In this document: in pieces, positions 31,446 through 40,913 of the stretch
Layout of the letters: every line of letters begins with the position of its first letter
Numbering within the stretch: position 1 is the first letter of the stretch
Origin: Nitrosopumilus sp.
GTDB taxonomy: Archaea > Thermoproteota > Nitrososphaeria > Nitrososphaerales > Nitrosopumilaceae
Direction of reading: 5' to 3'
NCBI GenBank assembly: GCA_965249555.1
Contig: OZ252243.1
Coordinates: 1,504,001 to 1,568,000 of the forward strand
Length of the DNA: 64,000 nt
Notes under the pieces: model-generated
Seen by the model: the letters and a program-made list of their open reading frames with translations, nothing else
The model's database searches: none
What the model was told of the DNA's origin: nothing
Position numbers and translations under genes: made by a program

Positions 31446-31885
31446 GTGGCAATGCAGATATTTACCATGAGATGATTGTTGACTATTCACGAAATCCTAC
31501 AAACTATGGAAAGCTTGAAGATCATGATGTAATTTTCCATGATTCCAATCCATTATGTGGAGATAGTATTGATATTGCTATGAAAATTGATGACAACAAA
31601 GTTACTGATATTAAATTTGATGGAAAAGGTTGTGCAATTTGTATGGCTTGTTCTTCAGTTTTAACTGAAATAACAAAAGGCAAGAGTCTTGATGATGTAA
31701 GAAAAATTGAGAAAAATGACATATTAGGTGAGCTAGGTCTTGAGCATTTACAAGCTGTCAGAATAAAATGTGCTTTACTTTCACTTAAGGTACTCAAATC
31801 TGCTCTTTACACCTATCTTGCAGATCATCTTGATGATGCTCAAGATGTAGATAGATTAAAAGAAGATGCAGCAAATCTCTACTAG
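31442..31885 (+). CDS. sufU: SufU/IscU-type scaffold
   Basis: NPLCGD, GCAIC, RIKCALL. Confidence 0.92.
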   Translation: MSGNADIYHEMIVDYSRNPTNYGKLEDHDVIFHDSNPLCGDSIDIAMKIDDNKVTDIKFDGKGCAICMACSSVLTEITKGKSLDDVRKIEKNDILGELGLEHLQAVRIKCALLSLKVLKSALYTYLADHLDDAQDVDRLKEDAANLY

Positions 31886-31886
31886 T

Positions 31887-32234
31887 ATGAGTGATTTTGT
31901 TCCTGTAACGCCAATTGTGCTTCAAATAAGAAAAATTATCTTTGAAAAATTCAATGATGTTGATATTAAATTTACAAATGATGAGATTTTTGAGATACTC
32001 AAAGAAAACAATGACATTGATCCCTCTTGGATAATTGATGATGTTGAATCCTTTTTCAACGAAATTTGTGATTCTGGCCTTGCAAGAAACATTGCACAGA
32101 ATTTTACCACAATTTGGCTAAAGCTATTTGATCCTGTTGAAAAATTTCATTGCAATGCTTGTAATCAGGATATCTATCTTGGAGCATCTGAAAAACGAAT
32201 TTGTTCTAATCCTTCTTGTAAATCTTCTGTTTAG
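31887..32234 (+). CDS. Hypothetical protein with C-terminal Zn ribbon
   Basis: CNAC...CSNPSC; ATG at 31887. Confidence 0.7.
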   Translation: MSDFVPVTPIVLQIRKIIFEKFNDVDIKFTNDEIFEILKENNDIDPSWIIDDVESFFNEICDSGLARNIAQNFTTIWLKLFDPVEKFHCNACNQDIYLGASEKRICSNPSCKSSV

Positions 32235-33453
32235 ATCTGTATTTTATTGCAGCATCTTCAAGTGCTTGAATCATTGGCAACTTTTCTCCTGTAAGATAAA
32301 GTACCAATGCACCACCTGCAGTACTAGTATGATTAATTTTATCTGCTAATCCTTGTTTTTTTAGTGCACTATTCAAGTGCCCACCGCTAACAATTGTTGT
32401 TGCCATAGAGTTTGCAACTGAATTGAGTAATCCTTTTGTCCCAAAGCTGAAATTCTCTTTTTCAAAAAATCCTGCAGGTCCGCTAATAAACACAGTTCCT
32501 GCACCTGAAATTAATTTTGAATAATACTCTACAGTCTTTGGACCCAAATCATAAATTTTATCACCTTTACCCGTCTCTCTTACATCCATCTCAACTCTTT
32601 CTCCATCTTTGTCAATTGCAATATCTATCGGTGTGGCAAAAACATCAGGATATTCACCAATCAATGCATGAGCTTTTGCTACGACCTCGTCTTCTCTTTT
32701 GATACCAAGAGAAGATTTGATCTTGCCTTGTGCACGCATAAACACATTAGCAATCAATCCTGTTAATAGAACATGGTCAGCACGACCATTTTGAATCAAT
32801 AATTTGATTGCCTCGAGTCTATCTGGTATTTTTGAGCCTCCAAGAACAATCACATGTGGTGCTTTGGCAACAGTCATTATCTCATCTAAATTTCTAACTT
32901 CTTTTTCAACAATTCTTCCTGCACATGCAGGCAAAACTTGTGAAAAACCAACAATTGATGGATGTGTTCTATGAGCACTTGGAAACGAATCCAATACACA
33001 AAGATCAAATAATTTGGATAAACGACTAACCATAATTGTTTTAGCAGAATTTTCTGGTGTAAATTCGTAATTTTCTTCAGCACATAATCGAAGATTATCT
33101 AAAAGTAGAATGTCTCCATCCTCTAGATTCTTGATGGCATTTTGTGCAGCTTCGCCAATTACATCTTCAACATATTTTATTTTTTTATTCATAAATTTTT
33201 CAAGAACTTTTGCATGTTTGTCCATTCCAGTATAGTCTTTATTTCCAACTCTACCTTGGTGTGATGCGATAACTACCTTGGCGTCTTTTAATGACTTTAA
33301 AGTTTCAGTGGCTTCTTCAATTCTTTTAGTACCTATAATTCCCATTGTTTCTGGATCGATTGGACAATTCATGTCAACTCTCAAAAAAACAGTCTTACCT
33401 TTCAGGTCAAAATCATCTAATGTGAGCACCTTCACGATTTTTCTATTATGCAC
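32206..33453 (-). CDS. pgk: Phosphoglycerate kinase
   Basis: RVDMNCP, SHQGR, LLDNLR, SAHR, STAGGA. Confidence 0.95.
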   Translation of the reverse strand: MHNRKIVKVLTLDDFDLKGKTVFLRVDMNCPIDPETMGIIGTKRIEEATETLKSLKDAKVVIASHQGRVGNKDYTGMDKHAKVLEKFMNKKIKYVEDVIGEAAQNAIKNLEDGDILLLDNLRLCAEENYEFTPENSAKTIMVSRLSKLFDLCVLDSFPSAHRTHPSIVGFSQVLPACAGRIVEKEVRNLDEIMTVAKAPHVIVLGGSKIPDRLEAIKLLIQNGRADHVLLTGLIANVFMRAQGKIKSSLGIKREDEVVAKAHALIGEYPDVFATPIDIAIDKDGERVEMDVRETGKGDKIYDLGPKTVEYYSKLISGAGTVFISGPAGFFEKENFSFGTKGLLNSVANSMATTIVSGGHLNSALKKQGLADKINHTSTAGGALVLYLTGEKLPMIQALEDAAIKYRSKQKIYKKD

Positions 33454-33576
33454 TTGGTTAAATTCTTTGAGCCGATCAGAATTATTTTATCAAATCTTAT
33501 TTCTAAACGGTGATTTACACTTTCAAAACTTATGTATTGATAAAAATTAAAAGCTACGTACTTGAGGTTTAATTAA

Positions 33577-34245
33577 TTGCAAAATTGGCTTTTTGATATC
33601 AGGTCGCGTTCCTTTGTATTGCTAACTGTTTTGTTTCTCATTCTCTCGGCTTTGGTATACTTTGAAGTAACTGAAAGTTTTGATCAAAGTATAGTTTTGG
33701 GTTTCTCTCAAAATGTTGGAAATCCAACATTAGACACCATCATGCAATATGTCACAGAAAGTGGTGAGGTTTTGTGGATGTTGGCATTTGGAATTGTACT
33801 GTTAGTTATTCCAAAAACCCGTAGAATTGGAATTACCCTAATGATTCTGATTGTGATTTCGACATTACTTACTGGCTACATTAAATGTGGAATTGATAGG
33901 GACAGACCTGATTTTGAGTATGAGGGTTCACCATTTCCTGTAGAAATTAGTCGTGATACATACGCGTTATTTTGTGAGGGTGGGGCTAATGCATCATATC
34001 CTTCTGGGCATGCAGCCAGATCCATGATATTTGGAATAATCTTGGGTTATGCTCTATCTGAACGATTCCCACGCGGTGCATATTTACTATTTCTATATCC
34101 TGTGATGATTTCAATTAGTAGGATCTATGTTTTACAACATTATCCTATGGATGTCATTGGAGGTGCCGTTATTGGAATAATGCTTGCTGGAGTGATGGCC
34201 AAGAGAACAAAACTTTACAAACTTTTTGATAAATCAAAAACCTAA
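33577..34245 (+). CDS. PAP2-family phosphatase
   Basis: K...RDRP, SYPSGH, SRIYVLQHYPMDV. Confidence 0.9.
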   Translation: MQNWLFDIRSRSFVLLTVLFLILSALVYFEVTESFDQSIVLGFSQNVGNPTLDTIMQYVTESGEVLWMLAFGIVLLVIPKTRRIGITLMILIVISTLLTGYIKCGIDRDRPDFEYEGSPFPVEISRDTYALFCEGGANASYPSGHAARSMIFGIILGYALSERFPRGAYLLFLYPVMISISRIYVLQHYPMDVIGGAVIGIMLAGVMAKRTKLYKLFDKSKT

Positions 34246-34545
34246 TTCTGTCAAAGAAGTATTACTTATCAAAACTATTGCATAATGATCTTCATCGTGG
34301 TGATAAGTCCAATATTTAATATCTCGAATTTCATTTTTTTGTCCGAGTCCTTGTGTTACTCCTGTAGTCACTGTATATCCAATTCTTTTTGCAAGTTTTG
34401 ATTCTTTTGGCATTAAGACCTTGAATCCTTCTTTTCTGTTTTTAAATCCAAGTTTTATCATGTCCTCAACTGCTCTTAATGCGTCTTTTTCATCTTTTAG
34501 ATCATATGTCTTTGATATTGGTAAATCTTTTGGGTGAAAGTCCAT
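34234..34545 (-). CDS. Hypothetical protein
   Basis: 103-aa ORF, host-like codon usage. Confidence 0.65.
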   Translation of the reverse strand: MDFHPKDLPISKTYDLKDEKDALRAVEDMIKLGFKNRKEGFKVLMPKESKLAKRIGYTVTTGVTQGLGQKNEIRDIKYWTYHHDEDHYAIVLISNTSLTELGF

Positions 34546-34665
34546 GGTTTTAATAAAATCTCTTAACTAATATTTTTTAAAAAATGATTTATGAGATATT
34601 GGTAATTTCATTAGTTGTGTTGATTATAGTTAATTGTACCATACTTTTCAGGCGAGGATACAAAG

Positions 34666-34869
34666 ATGAGTTATAAACAATTAAAAAATCATACACTCAT
34701 CAATGCAGATTATCGGGATGTTCAAATACCAGATGCAGACTTGATAATATCAGATCCTCTATTCCAAACAACAGACCTTGGTTTTGATAATGCTGTGGAA
34801 GGTGATTCTTTTGACGAAGCAAAAAAAAATTCTCAAAAAAATCCAAAACTTGGAGATGGTGTTTGTTAA
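34666..34869 (+). pseudogene. N-terminal fragment of an N4/N6 DNA methyltransferase
   Basis: LINADYRDVQIPDADLIISDPLF matches a degenerate DLIxTDPP[YF] motif IV; truncated at 67 aa. Confidence 0.55.
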
Positions 34870-35156
34870 ATGAACCGGAACCAGAGAACAATAGAATGAT
34901 TAGAATAGTTCACAACAAAAAAGAGGGATACGATATTTTAATTGACAGAACAAGCAAATGGGGAAATCCATTTGTTATTAGAAGAGATGGCACACGCAAG
35001 CAGGTGATTGCAAAGTATGGTAGATGGATTCTAACACAACCACAATTAATCGCAGATCTGTCTGAACTAAAAAACAAGGTTTTAGGATGCTGGTGCCATC
35101 CCAAAGCATGTCATGGTGATATTCTCAAGGAACTGGTGGAGACAAGAAATGATTAG
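34863..35156 (+). CDS. DUF4326 domain protein (phage-associated)
   Basis: IDRTSKWGNPF...LGCWCHPKACHGDIL. Confidence 0.85.
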   Translation: MLNEPEPENNRMIRIVHNKKEGYDILIDRTSKWGNPFVIRRDGTRKQVIAKYGRWILTQPQLIADLSELKNKVLGCWCHPKACHGDILKELVETRND

Positions 35157-35370
35157 ATGCAATAAAATATGTGCAAAGTATCACTCTACCAGATTCTCTG
35201 ATGGCACAAACTATGGCAAAAACAAAAAAAGATGTAGTTTATGTAACATTTACATCACATGGAAGGGAACTTGTTGTCCTTGTTGTAGAACAAGACTGAG
35301 AACCAAGCCCAAAAATAATATGTTGAAACAAAAATATCATGACAGAATGAAGAGAGTGTTTGTTAAATGA
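35149..35370 (+). CDS. Small Cys-rich Zn-finger protein
   Basis: CNKIC...RCSLC...CCPCCRTRLRTKP. Confidence 0.65.
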   Translation: MIRCNKICAKYHSTRFSDGTNYGKNKKRCSLCNIYITWKGTCCPCCRTRLRTKPKNNMLKQKYHDRMKRVFVK

Positions 35371-35391
35371 CCTGGAAACAAAAAATAGAGG

Positions 35392-35703
35392 ATGCAAAAA
35401 AGTCTGGTTACTTTACCAAGGAAGATCATACCTACGCTGCAAATTGGGACTTGTGCAATTTTCGAAAGACCAGAAGTGATGAAACTAAGTAAAGAGTTAG
35501 ATTCCAAATTGTTAACATCAGAAGCACACAGACTTGGTTGTGAGTTTGATAATGCAGTATGTAATAATCTTCCTCACATAACAGGATATATTCTAGAAAA
35601 TATTCAAGATTTGAAGACGGTGTTTAGAAGTAATAATCATCCAAGCATGGCCAGAAGAAATTCGAATAAAAATTCAAAAATTAAAGAAGGTGTTTTACAA
35701 TGA
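35392..35703 (+). CDS. Hypothetical virus-like protein
   Basis: ORF track; ATGA-coupled to the next small ORF at 35700. Confidence 0.45.
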   Translation: MQKSLVTLPRKIIPTLQIGTCAIFERPEVMKLSKELDSKLLTSEAHRLGCEFDNAVCNNLPHITGYILENIQDLKTVFRSNNHPSMARRNSNKNSKIKEGVLQ

Positions 35704-35985
35704 GTGATGGATTAGGACCCTGGATTAACATCTTGAAAGTTACCATTGCTTCAAAAAATGTAAAACCACAAGACATGGTATTCACCATTGTAAATGGTGA
35801 CATAATTGAGGAAACAAAAATGACTGAATCATACGAGAAATGGGTTGACTAGGCAACAAAAAACATCCAGAGAGAGATGTTAGAGTGGTATCAAACCCCA
35901 AGAAAGGGCTGGAATACGGAAATCAGAGAAGGGTAACAGATAATGAAACTTTTTAAGGAATTACCAATCAGAGAAATCATAAACC

Positions 35986-36076
35986 CGTCAGGGGTGGGAT
36001 TTGAACCCACAAAACCGAGGTTATCGATCAAGAGATTTTCAATCTCACGCAATAGACCAAACTATGCGACCCTGAC
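35986..36076 (-). tRNA. Serine-type (long variable arm, G73) tRNA gene with a GAA anticodon; degenerate tRNA-Ser or atypical tRNA
   Basis: GTCAGGG/CCCTGAC acceptor stem, intact T arm GTGGG-TTCAAAT-CCCAC, anticodon arm TGAGA-TTGAAAA-TCTCT, variable arm GATCGA-TAACC-TCGGTT. Confidence 0.8.
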
Positions 36077-36199
36077 GAGTTTAGTTGTTCTTTGATGATT
36101 AAAAAGATGATGTCAAATACAAATCAATTAGAACGTAACAAAATATTTTGACATTTCAACAAAACACACAAGAATGAGAGAACATAGATTGTTCCTACT

Positions 36200-36451
36200 G
36201 TGGATGAAATGATCAGTTTTCGTTCCAGAATATTTTTGTTTGTTGCCTCATTTTCCCCAATGTGGTTTATTTTGATTGGATCTTATCTGATTGATAATCA
36301 TGATGTAGTTACAGTGCTTGTATCATTTTTGATAACACTTGGAATAATTGGATGTATCGTATATTCCTGTAATGTATTTGATAGATACCGTCAAAGCACA
36401 AACATGGAACCAGTAAGACCAGAATATCTAAGAGATGTAACACACAAATGA
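36200..36451 (+). pseudogene. Two-TM membrane protein fragment, possibly a truncated KwaA-like defence protein
   Basis: LFVASFSPMWFIL...TM2...LRDVTH then stop; the family resemblance is from memory only. Confidence 0.35.
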
Positions 36452-36544
36452 TTTAAGCGATCATGATTGGTTAATTTTCTTTACTTCCAAGTCAAATCCT
36501 AATCATATTAACAATTTAACCGACTCTCTTGGTTTGATTCAATC

Positions 36545-37423
36545 GTGGTATCATTAGAAAAATTAGTAGTTCAACTACGTCAAAATAAACAGGAAGCAAC
36601 AAAACTTAGGAAAAAAGCTGAAAAACAACTACATGAAATACGTTCTATTGAAAGACGTTCTTCTTCAGGTCTACATTCTATAGATAGAAAAATAGAATCT
36701 GAACGTGAAGATGTTTCTGATACCTCTGAAATTCTTACTCGCAAAAACTCTCAATTAGAAAGCATTGGAAGATTAGTTGCTGCAGCAGAGGAGCGATTAA
36801 CACGAGAAAAAGAAACAATTGAGCAAACTGAACAAGAGATTGAATTCTCAGAAAATCCTGAAGAAAAACAGAATGCAGAGTCTAGATTACGATCTTTAAA
36901 TGACCATGTTCAAGAACTAATTTCTGAGATTAAAAGCAGGCAAAAAACTGCAAAAAAGATTTTAGATGATTCTACTAAATATGCTGATATTAAATCAAAA
37001 ATTACATCAAAAATCCAAAAACAATCAAAATCAAAACCATCCTTACATGAAACCTTGGTAACTAGCCACAAAGCTGCTGAAAAGTTTGTAAAAGAATTAG
37101 AAAGACAAACCAAAGCCGAGGATCATGCTAAAAAAGCATTAGAAAAAGTATCTGTAAAATTCCAAGAATTCTTGGCAAAAAAACGTGCAGCAGCTAAAAA
37201 TGCACTAGCTAAAAGAGTAGCAGCTGCCAAGAAACGTGCAGTAGCCAAAAGAGTAGCAGCTGCCAAGAAACGTACTGCAACTAAAAAGAAAAAAGTAACT
37301 AAAAAGAAAGCAACAAAGAAACGTACTGCAACTAAAAAGAAAAAAGTAACTAAAAAGAAAGCAACAAAGAAACGTACTGCAACTAAAAAGAAAAAAGTAA
37401 CTAAAAAGAAAGCTAGACGTTAA
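36545..37423 (+). CDS. Coiled-coil protein with Lys/Ala/Thr-rich histone-H1-like tail
   Basis: About 210-aa heptad-rich region followed by (KKRTATKKKKVTKKKAT)x3. Confidence 0.8.
   Translation: MVSLEKLVVQLRQNKQEATKLRKKAEKQLHEIRSIERRSSSGLHSIDRKIESEREDVSDTSEILTRKNSQLESIGRLVAAAEERLTREKETIEQTEQEIEFSENPEEKQNAESRLRSLNDHVQELISEIKSRQKTAKKILDDSTKYADIKSKITSKIQKQSKSKPSLHETLVTSHKAAEKFVKELERQTKAEDHAKKALEKVSVKFQEFLAKKRAAAKNALAKRVAAAKKRAVAKRVAAAKKRTATKKKKVTKKKATKKRTATKKKKVTKKKATKKRTATKKKKVTKKKARR
37265..37413 (+). repeat. 51-bp tandem repeat x about 3 encoding the basic tail
   Basis: Units at 37265, 37316 and 37367. Confidence 0.9.
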
Positions 37424-37470
37424 TTTTTGAAAAACAAAAAGAATTTAAAATTAAAGAAACTTTTGATTTA

Positions 37471-37782
37471 TTAAGGATTAATATCCATCTTGCCAAATTT
37501 GCCTTTGGTTAGAGATACGTCTCCTTTGAACTCATTGGTGTATCCATTTGTAATGACAATTTTGTCTCCAACATTTACTGCTTTAATATCGTCACCCCAC
37601 AATGTGAGTTTCATTTGGTCATCTTCGGTTTCACCATTAGCAATAACTGCATCACAGACATCAATTGTTCCGCCGCTTTTGAGATTTACAGTTCTTGGAT
37701 CTCCTTTACTTTTAACTTCAGCTTCAACATTAACACCACTTCGCATTTTTTTTGCTTCTGAAATTGGTATGAATTCTGACAT
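37471..37782 (-). CDS. Single OB-fold ssDNA-binding protein (SSB/RPA-like)
   Basis: VNVEAEV...KLTLWGD...VITNGYTNEFKGDVSLTKGKFG. Confidence 0.85.
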   Translation of the reverse strand: MSEFIPISEAKKMRSGVNVEAEVKSKGDPRTVNLKSGGTIDVCDAVIANGETEDDQMKLTLWGDDIKAVNVGDKIVITNGYTNEFKGDVSLTKGKFGKMDINP

Positions 37783-37902
37783 GTATTTTTAGATCAAATT
37801 CACACAATTATAAGCTTTGTTAAAAAATCTAAAAAGAACAGATCAATTTTTGATATTTTCATAATAGTAATTGAAAAATATCGGTCATTATCAAATCTCA
37901 TT

Positions 37903-38003
37903 GCAGAGGTATCGAAGCCCGGTCAACCGAGAGGGACTCAAGATCCACAAAATAGGAAATCCCTTCTCTTAGGAGTTCGTGGGTTCGAATCCCACCCTCT
38001 GCA
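37903..38003 (+). tRNA. tRNA-Leu(CAA) with 16-nt intron at 37/38 (37943-37958)
   Basis: GCAGAGG/CCTCTGC acceptor stem; AGGGA-CT-CAA-G[intron]A-TCCCT; long variable arm. Confidence 0.92.
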
Positions 38004-38061
38004 CTAAACTTTAATCAAAACTATGATATTTCTAAAATTTTAGTAATTCTGTGACTAGTGT

Positions 38062-38169
38062 CTATACTTTGGAAACAGAGTGACTTGAGATTTGTTTATG
38101 TATTTCAGCCACATTTTCGTCCTTAAATGATAGATTGCATCTAAAACACTTCCAAACTACCTCTGGCAT
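38062..38169 (-). CDS. 35-aa C2H2-like zinc-finger micro-protein
   Basis: MPEVVWKCFRCNLSFKDENVAEIHKQISSHSVSKV: CxxC-x12-H-x5-H; ATG at 38169. Confidence 0.7.
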   Translation of the reverse strand: MPEVVWKCFRCNLSFKDENVAEIHKQISSHSVSKV

Positions 38170-38355
38170 GGTTATATATAGGCACAAATCACTTATAAGG
38201 ATATTGGATAATTGATCCATTTTGTTACAATACATGATCATTGTTTGGAAAAACATGTAATTTTTTTACTTTTTTAGATCATAATGAGTTTTTTCCATGA
38301 CTAGCTCTTCAATCCAAGGATTTAGAAACAAAAAAAGCAACATTATCTTAGAAAG

Positions 38356-38976
38356 ATGTTAGATATTTTTGAAATTTTTGGGCAATATTCGTATTTTGGA
38401 ATTTTTCTTGTTCTGATTGGTGTAAATGCTTCACCTCTTTTGATGCCACCTAGTTGGATCATCTTGACATCATTTTATCTTCTTGATCCTAGCTTGAATG
38501 TTATTCTTCTTGCTGTAGTAGGTGCAACTGGAGCAACTATTGGGAGATTTTTTCTAAAAAAAATTAGTGGTTATTTTAGACGATTTGTTGCAGAAGAGCA
38601 AAAATCTAATCTTGACATGATTGGAGATTATCTTAATCATAAAAGATATGGTTATGTTATCGCCTCTTTTCTATTTGGTGCTACTCCGCTTCCAAGTAAC
38701 ATGTTGTTTATCACCTATGGATTAATGCGTGCCAAGAGTGTTGGAATCTATATTGGATTTTGGTTTGGCAGAGTCCTTTCTTATATTGTTATGATATATT
38801 TTGGAAATGCAGTCTTGACACCCTTTCTGGAAATCTTCGAGGACCGTCTTACTGGAATTTTATTAATTGATGGTGTTGGAATTGGAGTGGTTGTTCTTTT
38901 TGCATCAATAAACTGGACCATTTTAATTACTCAGAGAAAGATAAAGTTTGTAAAACCAAAACTGTGGAGATTCTAA
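38356..38976 (+). CDS. DedA/VTT-domain membrane protein
   Basis: GATGATIGR, FGATPLPS, FWFGR. Confidence 0.75.
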   Translation: MLDIFEIFGQYSYFGIFLVLIGVNASPLLMPPSWIILTSFYLLDPSLNVILLAVVGATGATIGRFFLKKISGYFRRFVAEEQKSNLDMIGDYLNHKRYGYVIASFLFGATPLPSNMLFITYGLMRAKSVGIYIGFWFGRVLSYIVMIYFGNAVLTPFLEIFEDRLTGILLIDGVGIGVVVLFASINWTILITQRKIKFVKPKLWRF

Positions 38977-39597
38977 ATGAAAGTTCTTGATTCTTTAAAG
39001 AAGGAAGTAAAAAAAATTATGAAAAATGATTCTGCACACGATTTTGAGCATACTATGCGAGTATACAAAAATGCTCAAAAAATCTGTAAAAAAGAAAAAG
39101 CAAATGAAAAACTAGTTCTAAGTGCTGCATTGTTACATGATATAGCCTCGTATCCTAAATCTGACAAACGCTCAAAAACATCCTCAATTAAAAGTGCAAA
39201 AAAATCAAAAAAGATACTCGAAAAACTTTATTTCACTAAAGAAGAAATTATAATAATTTCTGATGCAATAAGTGATCATAGTTTTTCACGAAACAAAATT
39301 CCTAAAACCATTGAAGGGCAAATACTTCAGGATGCTGATAGGCTAGATGCATTAGGGGCGATAGGGATTGCTAGAGTTTTTGCTACTGGAGGCTCACTAA
39401 AAAGACCATTTTACAACATTGATGATCCTTTCTGCAAAAGACGAGTTCCTGATGATCACACTTGGACTGTTGATCATTTCTTTGCAAAATTATTAAAACT
39501 AGAGTCATTAATGAACACAAAATCTGGAAAAGTAGAGGCAAAGAAGCGAACTAGAATACTAAAAGAATTTTTGAATCAATTAAAACAGGAACTTTAG
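38977..39597 (+). CDS. HD-domain phosphohydrolase
   Basis: HDFEHTMRV, AALLHD, QDADRLDALGAIGIAR. Confidence 0.9.
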   Translation: MKVLDSLKKEVKKIMKNDSAHDFEHTMRVYKNAQKICKKEKANEKLVLSAALLHDIASYPKSDKRSKTSSIKSAKKSKKILEKLYFTKEEIIIISDAISDHSFSRNKIPKTIEGQILQDADRLDALGAIGIARVFATGGSLKRPFYNIDDPFCKRRVPDDHTWTVDHFFAKLLKLESLMNTKSGKVEAKKRTRILKEFLNQLKQEL

Positions 39598-39905
39598 CCA
39601 TAATCAACATATCTGTCATATCGCCTTTCAGTCTCTTCATTTTCTCCTGACATTATCTTCGTATATGCATCCTTTTTTCTAAATTCAATATACCTACAAA
39701 TTGTTTCAAATTCTTTATCATTTGGATAAGCATCAAAGACTGGCTCTACCATCTTAAAATATTCAAGAACTTTTTCTCGATATTCTTCTCTGGTAGGTTT
39801 TTTGATTCCTTTCATTCTGAACCAAATTACTGCCCACGCTGAGCCTACAACATGTGGTAATTGGTCAAACGCTCTTTGAATTTCATAACGTTCATCGTCC
39901 CTCAT
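39594..39905 (-). CDS. Hypothetical protein co-transcribed with hemB
   Basis: ATGA overlap with the hemB stop. Confidence 0.7.
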   Translation of the reverse strand: MRDDERYEIQRAFDQLPHVVGSAWAVIWFRMKGIKKPTREEYREKVLEYFKMVEPVFDAYPNDKEFETICRYIEFRKKDAYTKIMSGENEETERRYDRYVDYG

Positions 39906-40882
39906 GATTCTTGAAGAAACTTTGAAGCTGATTTTGCAAAATATGTTACTATCATGTCTGCACCTGCTCTTTTAATAGAATAAAGAATCTCCTCTGTGAT
40001 GTCTTTCTCATTTACATAACCTAACTGTGATGCAGCTTTGACCAATGCATATTCTCCAGAAACACTGTATGCTGCAACTGGAATGTTAAATTTTCTTCTA
40101 GTTTCTGCAATTAAATCCAAGTAGGATAATGCTGGCTTTATCATTACGATGTCTACTCCTTCATTGATGTCTGTTTCAACTTCAAGCATTGCTTCTCTAG
40201 CGTTTGTGTATGGAACTTGGTATGTCTTTCTGTCTCCAAACTTTGGTGCACATTCTGCAGCATCTCTAAATGGTGCATAAAAGTTTGAACGATGTTTAGC
40301 TGAATGCGACATTATTGAAACATCAGTGAATCCATTTTCATCAAGTGCCTTTCTAATTGCACCAACTTGACCATCCATCATTGCAGATGGTGATACTGTA
40401 TCTACTCCTGCTTTTGCTTGGCTGACTGCAATCTTTGCAAGTGTATCAAGACTAGTATCATTATCCACCTTGTCTCCTTGAATTATTCCACAATGACCAG
40501 TTGATGTAAATTGACATAGACAAACATCTGCCATTATCACAATTTTATCTCCAAAATTTTGTCTTATCTGAGTAATTGCTTTTTGGACAATCCCGTTATC
40601 ATCAAATGCAGAAGTTCCTGCTTCATCTTTTTTAGTTGGAATTCCAAAAAGCATGATTGCAGGAATTCCTAAATCACTAATTGTTCCTACCTCATCATTA
40701 ATGTCATCTAATGGGAGTCTTTCCATTTCTGACATTGATTCTATCTTGATTCTAGTCTTTAGATCTTCTTGAACAAATACTGGACAAATGAAATCCTTTG
40801 AAGAAAGTGTGGTTTGCTGCACTAATTCTCTCATTTTCTCTGATGTTCTCAGTCTGCGAAGACGTCTAGATGGAAATGACAT
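39902..40882 (-). CDS. hemB: Porphobilinogen synthase
   Basis: RLRRLR, DVCLCQFTSTGHCG, SPSAMMDG, MIKPA. Confidence 0.95.
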   Translation of the reverse strand: MSFPSRRLRRLRTSEKMRELVQQTTLSSKDFICPVFVQEDLKTRIKIESMSEMERLPLDDINDEVGTISDLGIPAIMLFGIPTKKDEAGTSAFDDNGIVQKAITQIRQNFGDKIVIMADVCLCQFTSTGHCGIIQGDKVDNDTSLDTLAKIAVSQAKAGVDTVSPSAMMDGQVGAIRKALDENGFTDVSIMSHSAKHRSNFYAPFRDAAECAPKFGDRKTYQVPYTNAREAMLEVETDINEGVDIVMIKPALSYLDLIAETRRKFNIPVAAYSVSGEYALVKAASQLGYVNEKDITEEILYSIKRAGADMIVTYFAKSASKFLQES

Positions 40883-40913
40883 ATCAGAAATTCTCTTTGG
40901 GTAAGATATAATC

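Larger units (their letters stand above)
34666..35985 (+). mobile_element. Decayed provirus/integrative-element remnant abutting a tRNA 3' end
   Basis: Run of short, overlapping co-oriented ORFs (methylase fragment, DUF4326, Zn finger, hypotheticals); premature stop at 35850; last ORF start (35943) runs into the tRNA. Confidence 0.6.

Noticed and set aside
37200-37413. Regular repeats as a possible CRISPR array
   Set aside because: Tandem in-frame coding repeats with no unique spacers; no cas genes or CRISPR array seen in the window
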